The translations under genes were made by a program, and so were the position numbers. 64,000 nt of DNA from Alphaproteobacteria bacterium (GTDB lineage: Bacteria; Pseudomonadota; Alphaproteobacteria; Micavibrionales; Micavibrionaceae), in contig JAUHWR010000001.1 in NCBI GenBank assembly GCA_030427385.1, positions 1,544,042-1,608,041 of the forward strand. The letters are read 5' to 3'. The notes beneath the pieces are model-generated. The model searched no databases, was not told where the DNA came from, and worked only from the letters and a program-made list of their open reading frames with translations. Positions 9,708 through 19,300 of this stretch are shown in pieces. Within the stretch, counting starts at the first letter, position 1. Every line of letters starts with the position of its first letter.

Positions 9708-12700
9708 ATGCTTTTATATAATAAAGGAAATTTAGGAAAATTAAGTGGGACGCTTAAACTAGCTGTGCCGATAATGTTTATCCTGTTTTCTATGGTTCTT
9801 GGGAGTTCGTTGGGTGTTGCCGGAACCAATTCACTTGAAGACGAATTGACTGCCCGGCAGGCGACGCAAACGCATAAGCTGCTGAATGCCTTTGAGGCAA
9901 TGCGTTCGGTTGGCGAAGCGTCGAATGCCGGCGTTGGGGCGGGCACGGAAACGGCGAGACAAGCTTGTTCGGCGTTACAGGATCAAGGTAGCCGTGTTTT
10001 AGGTGATGCCTTAAAAGAAGCCTTTTATAAAAATTTGATTACGCCGTCTTACCTTGCGGGATTTGAGGATACGTTGATTTCGCAGGGGCAATCGGGTTTG
10101 TCGCAGGCTTTGCGGATGAGCTGTGCCGCTCTGCGAGGGGAAGAGGCCGGGGGCGGTGCAAATCTTTTTGATACAGAAAATTTAAAGCGTATGGGCATTG
10201 CACTTGCTTTGGATCAGGGTGAACATACGATCAAATCCATGGCCGCGCCGTTTGTAGAACGCATTGAATTGGAAACCGGCTATGACGATGGCGTTTTTAT
10301 GTGGGAGGCTTTGACTGTAGTGCCTTTATGGGAGAACGGGAAAGACCATCTCTTCACCCAACTTTCCTGGCTGCACGATACGGAAGATGGCGATACGCTC
10401 AATGCAGGCTTGGCCTGGCGGCGATTGAATGAGAATAAGACAATGGTATATGGCGTGAATGCTTTCTTCGATCATGCGGCGCGCAAGAACCATAACCGGG
10501 CCAGCATCGGCGCGGATGTGCAGACTTCGACGCTTGGGTTATCTACCAATAAATATATTCCGCTTTCAAGCTGGAAAGGTTTGAATGTTTATCAGGAGGA
10601 GCGTGCGGCATCGGGATGGGATCTGGAGCTACAGGGGCGCCTTCCTGAATTTCCAGAATGGCAGGCAAACTTGAAGGGCTATGGTTGGTCCTCAAATTAT
10701 GAGGGCTGGTCGGAAGACATTTTGGGCTATGATACTACTCTGCAGTGGAGCCCCGTTAATATTTTGCAAGTCGAGGCGGGTGTGCGCAATGAACAAAGCG
10801 CTGACCCAGACTATCACGCAGCGTTGCGACTGGTTTACCGGTTTGGTGAAAATGTTGAGCGTGCCTGGGATAAGCCTGTTCGCCTCGCCAGCATGGAAGA
10901 GCGCGTCTATGATAAAGTGCGCCGAGAGAATAAAATCCGTACTGAACGCAGAACTAAAGATGAGTTCTTTGTCACTGTAATTGAAAGCGCCGGATCGAAC
11001 AGCGCCAACACAGAAGAAGGAGATATCGCTTTATCTGCTGGCGTAGGGCTGCCAATGCCCTTTACTTTGAACGTGAGTCCCTTAGTTGGATCAATCGCCC
11101 GTCTGGAATTTAGGGATAATGCCCTTTTAACTGTGGGTGCAGGTAGTCAGGTTCGTGTAGAGGCCAAGACGATCACATTGTTGTCCGGCGTACTGCAATA
11201 TGTCTCAGGCACACAGAACGTAACACTGGCTGCGCCGGGAGCCACGGTCACCCTACTTGGGACAGATGTAGATCTCTCAACGAACGGCACAACCTCTGTC
11301 TTACGTGTTCGTGACGGATCAGCCATATTGGCGGGCACATCATCGGGAAATGCCACATTGAATGCGGGTGAGGCGGCAGAGAGCGTAAGCGGTACAGTCG
11401 GCACCCTCATCAGCGCCTCTGCCGTTTATATCAGCCATACGGATGAAATCAGCGCAAAAATTGACCGCGTGGCCAGTGCGCTCATAGGCGTGAAAGTTGC
11501 GCCGTATCCGGCGGGAGCTCCTGTTCTCACAACGCAGGCCACGGCAAGCGGTGAGACCATGACCATCAGCCTAACCTTTAATGACGTGGTTAACGTGGCA
11601 GGGGGGCCTCCACAACTCACGCTGGATATCGGCGGTATAACGCGTACTGCGACTCTCTCCGGCGGCTCAGGCAGCAAAACACTGACCTTTAATTACACAT
11701 TGGTTGGAGCCGATGCGGGAGCCACGTCCATCACCGTTAATGGCTTTAATAATAATGGCGCAACCATAACAGGCAATGGCGGCAAAATCGCCATCACCAC
11801 GATCGCTGATACTGTGCTGGGTGAAGGCGCAACCCTCACGGAAACGATCGCCTTAGCCCTCGACTTCGTTAATAATCTTTTCTCCTTGAACGGGACATCC
11901 TACGGCTCCTTCACCGCCATTCCCGGCGCAACATTTTCTCGCGCAACGCCGGCAACAACTTATGCCGAGGACTCAAGCGGCAACCTCGTCGCCTTCGCCG
12001 CAAACACTCCTAGAATTACCGATAAAGGACTGTTGGTTGAGGGAACTAAAGAGAATTTAGCCCTATACAGCAACGATTTTAATCAGACAGGGTGGGCTCG
12101 CTTTAATGTAACTGCTTTACCAAACTCTACTTTGGCCCCCGATGGAACGATGAGTGCCTATAAAATAGTTGAAAATACAACAGTTGGAACCCAGCATTGG
12201 ATAGCACGCACAGGTATTAATGTTGTGTCGGGGCAAAAATACGTCATAAGCATCTTTGTGAAACCTGCCGAACGTACAGCTTTTAATATGTTTGGTTCAG
12301 GAATTTTCCCTCAAAGCGCAGCCTTTAACCTTTCCACGGGAACAATAACCTCTTCTTCTGCCCCTGCAACTATCAAACCTTACGCAAATGGATGGTATCG
12401 TTGTACTTTATTACTTACCGCTGGAAGTACTGGTAGTGCAAGCGCATATGTAGCACAACTCAATAATCCTACTGGAACATACACAGGCGATGGAACCTCT
12501 GGTCTATTCATCTGGGGAGCTCAAGTAGAGCAAGCCTCCTTCGCTTCCTCTTATATCCCAACCGCCGGGGCAAGCGTAACGCGGAGTAAAGACGACCCCA
12601 GAATAACAGGAATGAGCATTCTTCCTGACTATACGGCTTATGCTGAATTTGAATATCGTTCAGAATCTAGTCGTAATAGCAGTCGTCTTTTAGGATTGCA

Positions 12701-13040
12701 GCCTACGGCGGGAAGAAATGCTGTATCGCCGCTCACTTCAACAACACTTGCCCATACTGCTTTTAATACGATTGATGGAAATACAGCGGCTGCGAATGGT
12801 ATAAATCAATCAATTCGTAAACTTGCAGGAATTTCAACGACGTCACCACAATCTCGCCGAATAGTTGCTGATGGCGGGACTGTCGTTGGTGATGGTGGAT
12901 TTACACCTTTAACATCGGTTTTATTTATAGGAAATGAAAATGCTGGCGCAGCAAATTATATTGAAACATATCTGCGCAGCCTAAAAATCTACCCCACTGC
13001 CAAAACCGATGCCGAGCTTCAGGCTCTGACCGCGCCTTAA
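9708..13040 (+). CDS. Inverse autotransporter (intimin/invasin-type beta-barrel) whose passenger has FecR-like, Ig-like and phage/GTA spike-fibre-like plus LamG-like domains
   Basis: Signal-like N-terminus. The IAT beta-domain pattern spans about 10200-10900 (VVPLWENGKDHLFTQLSWLHD...LNAGLAWRRL...GVNAFFDH...ASIGADVQ...NKYIPLS...ASGWDLELQG...LRLVYRFG). The C-terminal LLVEGTKENLALYSNDFNQTGWARFNVTALPNSTLAPDGTMSAYKI...GLFIWGAQVEQASFASSYIPT resembles phage/GTA head-spike or tail-fibre domains as I recall them. Confidence 0.7.
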   Translation: MLLYNKGNLGKLSGTLKLAVPIMFILFSMVLGSSLGVAGTNSLEDELTARQATQTHKLLNAFEAMRSVGEASNAGVGAGTETARQACSALQDQGSRVLGDALKEAFYKNLITPSYLAGFEDTLISQGQSGLSQALRMSCAALRGEEAGGGANLFDTENLKRMGIALALDQGEHTIKSMAAPFVERIELETGYDDGVFMWEALTVVPLWENGKDHLFTQLSWLHDTEDGDTLNAGLAWRRLNENKTMVYGVNAFFDHAARKNHNRASIGADVQTSTLGLSTNKYIPLSSWKGLNVYQEERAASGWDLELQGRLPEFPEWQANLKGYGWSSNYEGWSEDILGYDTTLQWSPVNILQVEAGVRNEQSADPDYHAALRLVYRFGENVERAWDKPVRLASMEERVYDKVRRENKIRTERRTKDEFFVTVIESAGSNSANTEEGDIALSAGVGLPMPFTLNVSPLVGSIARLEFRDNALLTVGAGSQVRVEAKTITLLSGVLQYVSGTQNVTLAAPGATVTLLGTDVDLSTNGTTSVLRVRDGSAILAGTSSGNATLNAGEAAESVSGTVGTLISASAVYISHTDEISAKIDRVASALIGVKVAPYPAGAPVLTTQATASGETMTISLTFNDVVNVAGGPPQLTLDIGGITRTATLSGGSGSKTLTFNYTLVGADAGATSITVNGFNNNGATITGNGGKIAITTIADTVLGEGATLTETIALALDFVNNLFSLNGTSYGSFTAIPGATFSRATPATTYAEDSSGNLVAFAANTPRITDKGLLVEGTKENLALYSNDFNQTGWARFNVTALPNSTLAPDGTMSAYKIVENTTVGTQHWIARTGINVVSGQKYVISIFVKPAERTAFNMFGSGIFPQSAAFNLSTGTITSSSAPATIKPYANGWYRCTLLLTAGSTGSASAYVAQLNNPTGTYTGDGTSGLFIWGAQVEQASFASSYIPTAGASVTRSKDDPRITGMSILPDYTAYAEFEYRSESSRNSSRLLGLQPTAGRNAVSPLTSTTLAHTAFNTIDGNTAAANGINQSIRKLAGISTTSPQSRRIVADGGTVVGDGGFTPLTSVLFIGNENAGAANYIETYLRSLKIYPTAKTDAELQALTAP

Positions 13041-13308
13041 AATGTATGGCCTTTGCCACGCATCAGTCATGTAATATATTTATTGTGTCTTTTCAGACTT
13101 ATGTCCATTATCAGTCCGTTTAAATATTACAAAGCATGAACTAAAATAATCACGCTTACAGTAATAAGGTATTTATAAAATTAATGGAAAGTGTCATTTT
13201 TTATAGCGTGCGATCGATCATAAAAGAACGGTTACAAAGTGTATTGTAATTAAAAAACGTGATTTGAAATCTACTCATCATCTTGCTTTCCTTCAATTCG
13301 CCGCCTGT

Positions 13309-16300
13309 TTACTGACAATATTTGATATTATAGGAGCATAGATCATACAGGTCGATGATGGGTTGTTCTATTTCCATGAGGTTTGCTTCTACTAGGCGGA
13401 CGCCTCCATCTTTCTCAAAGCTTAAATCCTTAACGCCATGGCCGTTACGATGGACCACATAAGGTGGTTCTTGTGATGCGTTGCTCTCGGAATATTGGGC
13501 AGGTGAGAAGATATATCCAGTATTTCCCATTTGCCAATAATTAGTGATTTGCGTTTGGTATTCAACGGTTGAGCTTAACTGTTGAGAGGGAGAGGGCATG
13601 GCCAAAATTCCCGGCGCAAACGTAAAATCATATCCGATTAAACTTAAAAGAGAGCCTTCGGTCCCATTAATACGATAATTTCCCGACGCTTGTCTTGATT
13701 TGCTAAAGGACGGCAGGCCGCTCAAAATTGAGGATAGTGTATCTCCGCTTTCCAACCCTGAGACTGTATAAGTAAAGCTGTCATAGGTCGGATTGAAGGT
13801 ATTTAATATAACATCATCGGCTGTAAACGTCAGGGACGGCCGGTAAGCATATAGGAATAAATCGCCGGTTTGGGTGATCGAGAGCGGGGGATTAGTAGTA
13901 TAGCTGCGATTGTAATAATGCGGCGCGTTTAAGCCATTTTTTATTGTGGTTGACGGGCCATCTGTATAAACAAGATATCGTCCAGCCCCGGCATCAATCG
14001 CCGCCATGCCGCCGTTATTCGTAAAACCGTTTGAGACCAAAACCACGCTATTACCAGCGCCCGTGGCCGATACTGCGCCATTAAGAGTCATATCGCCATT
14101 GGCAATCATGGATAAAGAAGTACCCACATCCACCGCACCATCAATTGTGAAATGTCCGCCAAGCAAGCGCACGTTATTCGCGGTGATCCCCGTGAAGTCC
14201 ACACTATCAATATGAACCGCGCCGGCGTGGGCGGAACCAATCGTTACATCCCCCCCAATAGTAAATTGCGCCAATTCTGAATCAGTGATATTCAATGTGC
14301 CTGCACCACCGCCCACACCAATGCTCGTGCCCGATGTGCGGTTTTTGATGGTGAGGTTGCCAAGGGTTTCAATTTTAGAACCTGTTTCATCAAAATCCCA
14401 ATTATCAGCTATCAGTGTAATATTTCCAGAGGCCAAGCTTCCTGCCGTATCTTCACCAATTTCAACACCAGATATCGTTTGTATATCAGTTCCGCCTTCT
14501 GAGCGGCCTTCAATCGTAATGCTCGATGATCCGTCAGATACAACCTCAGCATTGTTTATAAAAACACCAGGTTCGGCACTCATCGTAATACCAAGCAGGC
14601 TAATATCTCCACTTGTGGATTGAAATTTGCTACCACCATTTTGAAGATTCATCCCTGCCCCTCTTTTCGCTATTCCGGTCATAAAAAGATCACCTGAATT
14701 CGTCACAATTGCGGATGAGGCGTTAGTCAAAATACCAGAATTATTCGTATTTGCTCCGTCACCTGACTCTTGACCAACCAAGATCACATCACCGGAGTCA
14801 TTTTCAATTCTAGCAGTAAACAAGTAAATGCCGTGATTTGCGCCGCCCACCCCGAATGAATTTCCGTGCACATTGATATCGCCCGCCGTCGAATTGACAT
14901 TGGCAGATGATTTTATATAAGTACCGTGATTGTAGTTACCCCCCACACCCCCGTTACCAGTGATTGCAATCGCACCATCAACAGATGATATTTCAGTGCC
15001 GCTATCGGTCATATAAACCCCGTAATTGTCCGTCGTTCCATTGCCGCCAGTCCCATTGAGGGTGATTGTTCCCGCATTCGCGCCCGCTCCGGTTGAGTTT
15101 ACATCCGAACCCGCGGCCAAATGGACGCCATAATTAAAATTACCAGATCCGTTTCCTGTTCCAGTTAAACGGATATCACCACTGGCAGATGTAACAATTG
15201 AATTTGAATTCAGCGATACACCATAATTGTAGCCAACGGCATCACCACCTGTTCCAGTGATCGTAATATTACCGCTGTCCGATGTAATAGACGGCGTATC
15301 ATTTATATATGTTCCAATATTGAATGATCCAGTATCACCACCAATTCCATTAAATGTAATATTGCCTGATGTTGTGGTTAATGTCGTTCCACCAGTTGTA
15401 TAGACACCATAGGTATTATCTGTCGCCCCATTTCGACCATGTCCATTAACCGTAATATCACCTGCGCCTGTATTGATATCAACGTTATCAAGTTTTAATC
15501 CGACATTGTAAGAAGAATTACCATAGGCCGCCGTGGTTAATGGGTTTGCCCCGCCACCTGCGATAAAATCTCCTCCGTTTGTTGAGATATTAGCGTTAAG
15601 AATTTGAATCGCGCCATTTTGATCCGCATCACGGTCGGCGTTAAGGATGATATCGCCATTTGACGTGACATGTTCATTAATTGAAATATTGCTGTCCGAT
15701 TTAATATTGATCGCCCCCCCTGATTGCAGGGTTGCATTATTCGCCATGACAAAATCATCAACGGTGATATCGATATTTCCGCCTGCAGTAATTGCGGCGC
15801 TGCCATCCTCCATATTCAGGCGCGTATCACCTGTGATGGTGATATTGCCCGTATTGGCATGGCCAATCCGGCTAATGCTGGCGGGATTACTTTGTTCCCA
15901 CAGGCGTATTGCGTCCGCCGTGCCGTTGGTGCCTTTATCATGTGTGATTGTAATGTCACCACCGCCTGTGGCCTGTATCAGACTTGTGCCATTACTTAAG
16001 CTTAGTCCTTGAGAATTGGCAGTTCCTTGGTTAGTGGTGTTGATCACAATGTCTCCATCACCGATCGTTTCGATGGTCGCGGAACTATAAAATCTTAAGA
16101 TACCCTCGCCTGCAGTACTTGGTGTAAACAAATCCAAGGTAATGTCACCATCATCCGCACGGATCAGGCCACCATTATTCATCCTAAGGCCACCGTTTTG
16201 GTATCCACCAATGCCGCCAGTAGAATAAATATTAATGGCAGAACTGCCGCTACCAATAATATTTCCAAAGTTATATGTGCCGTAATTAAAACTTCCCGAC

Positions 16301-19300
16301 CCGCGCCCTTGGGCCGTAATATCTATCGTGCCACCATTGCTTGTGATATTATCACCTGAGGACGCGATATATATACCGTAATTACTTTGCCCACCATTCC
16401 CACCAGTCCCATTTAAAGTAATGTTTCCTGTTGTGGTTGTAAGATCTGCATTAATATAAATCCCGTAATTATCATCGCCAGTATCTTCGCCTTCACCGCG
16501 GATAGTAATGTCCCCAATCCCCGTTGTGATCGTACTGTTATTGATATGTACACCTCTATCATACACACCATCCTGCCCCGCATGTGCCGCCGTAGTAAGA
16601 GGATTAGCGCCACCCCCGGCGATAAAATCGCCGCCATTGGTGGTGATTGTTGCGTTACTAATGCTAATGGCACCATCTTGAGTAGAATTACTGTCGGCAT
16701 TTAAGATAATGTCACCGTTGGATGACATGACAGAATTTTGAATGTCGATATTACTGTTTGAAATCAAATCAATTGTACCAGCAGAGGTGAGATCAGCATC
16801 AATATTTATAGCATCCCAGCCAACATTTCCCGCTGTCCCGCTTTCCATCCGAAGACTGGCACCATCTGTAGTGGTAAAAGTATCCGCAACGGTAATCGTG
16901 GCATCACTACCAGTATTCAAAAAATTAACATCATCGGAGAAGCTAACTGCACCTGTAATGTTTATGGCTTCGGTATATATATTCGATCCAAAGGTGATGG
17001 AATTAAACCCATCCTGTATAGTACCAAGTTCATCCGATGTCATCTGCCAATCATGCCCTGCCGATGTGCCTCCAATTTCCATGGCTTCGTTTTGATCACC
17101 TTCTAAGAAAATAAGGCTTGAAGAGCCATCGACATTTCCTGAAATAGATGATGTGGAATCAAAACTAATTTGTTCACTTTCTAAAGTTATATCACCGTTT
17201 GAATGTAATACTGAATTTGCAAGTAATTCTATCTTGGTACCACCGCTATGCGCACCAGCGTCGATGTTTATATTACCACCTGCATGAATGGAAGAATTTG
17301 CTTTAAGACTAAAACTTTGAGCTATCTGAGAAAAAGTAAAATCTCGTCCTACATTAACATCACCTGTTATACCAAAATTATTTGCCACATCAATGATGAA
17401 GTCTCTACCAACATTAATTGTTCCCGAAGAAATTCCGAGCCCTGGATTAGAGATGATAGTTAAATCCCGCGCGATATTTAGGTCTGCCGTAACATGGACA
17501 CCATTATAACCATGAATGCCCGGTGGATTTGCTCTACCATATATATATAAATCTGCGTTATCTATTGTTGTAATAGCGGCGTTTATATCTATAGGTGCCG
17601 TTACAGAACCACTGTTATTTATAAATTGTATATAATCAGAAAACGTAACTGTTTCATTTACTGCTGTTGTTGCTCTGTGAGCATTCCCACCAATTAAAAT
17701 CGAATTCCAACCGTCATCAAGGAACGCGAGCTCTGCCGCTGTTAGGTTAAGATCATTTGCATCGGTTGAGCCGATCTCAATCTCTTGATTTACATTGGCG
17801 CTTGTCAGTTGGATATCACCCGATCCTCTCAGGCTTGCACCGATATCAATTTCATCGGCCTTTAGGGTTATATTGCCACTGCCACTATTCAATTGAGCGG
17901 TTGTGGTTATTGTACCGCCTGCCGCGGTTTCCAATCGGATGTCACTGCCGTTTGCGGCAACCACTGTTAAACCCGTTAAATCGATATCACCACCTGACAC
18001 CATCGTTATATCACCTGATGCACCAAACGTATTAATCCGTCCGCCAGACACGCTTATAATATCGCTGTTCATGGTGGTGAGCGTGAGGGATTTATTACTG
18101 GCAAGATTCATTGTATCGCCCTGCAAATCAAGGGTGATGGTGTCTGTTGCTTGTAAGTCAATATTCGCCGTTTGTGATAATTTTTCCAAATACCGTGTGC
18201 TAAAGGTGCCAAAGCCATTCGTGGCGTCCATTGCCTCTGCGGCCTCGGTTCCTGCCCCTGCAATCGGGTCAAGATCTAAGTAACCCTGAGAAGATAGATG
18301 TTGGTTAATTAATAAAGTTTCATCCGCATTTAAAACTCGCCCATATAAGATTGAGGAATAATATTTATTAGCAAAACTGTTACCATATCCCGTTAGACGA
18401 TAATTTTTATCACCTGAATTTTGATCTATAAGAGAATTTTCACTGACAACATTTGTTCCATTAATGTCGATGTTATAAGTATCTGCAATTTCCGAACGAT
18501 ATGCCGATAGGATCGACTTCCCACTATATGATACTCCCGAGCCTTGGTCAGCTTTGGCAAAATCTCTGTATCGTAAAGTTCCTGTATTTGAATTTATAAA
18601 ATAATTACTATTTATATTGACTATAGTTCCACCGGCAGCGTAATGATCGATCGTTTCGACTGTAACAATATGGCTCATTTCGCTAGGATCAAACCCAGTT
18701 ACAGTCCCTGACAGAGAATCTGTGACCAGAAACGATGGCCCACTATGCCTTAATCTAATACCGTCTGATGTATATAAAGGCATTTCGTCTTCATTAATCT
18801 GGCTTAGGTCACTTGTGGCGGCTTTATCAGTCCACTCGGAAACAAGGCCTCGCCTAAGGGTGTCTGTTGCATATGTCGAGGTGAGTGTTTCTGCAACGGT
18901 GATGGTGGTGCCGGCAATGGCGGTGATTGTATATGTATCATCCCCAAGTGTATTGGCCGTGGTGATTGCGCCTTGTGCGCCCAACCTTATTCTGGCACCC
19001 ACTTGTAATTGACCAGACACATCCGCACTTGTGGTAATTGTATTTGTTCCAATCGATCCGCCGGCCGTCGCCCCGCCAAGTGCGTCTGTAGAGTATGTCA
19101 GTTCAATCGTTGCCTCATCCGCCGCATCCAGCCATAGGTCGAGGTCTGATGCAAGGTCAATGCTTGTCCCATCGGTTGACACATAGTCAGGACCAATCGT
19201 ACCGGAGGCATCGCCGTAAATCGTTATATCCGCAGGGTCAAGAAGGTATGTTCCCTTATTGTATCCACCTGCGGCAGCGGATAAATCGGCAAAACCATTG

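Noticed and set aside
13309-13650. The C-terminus of the TpsA as a contact-dependent inhibition (CdiA-CT) toxin with a downstream immunity gene.
   Set aside because: I found no VENN or other pretoxin motif. The 268-bp region downstream holds no small ORF, and the next gene is the convergent inverse autotransporter.
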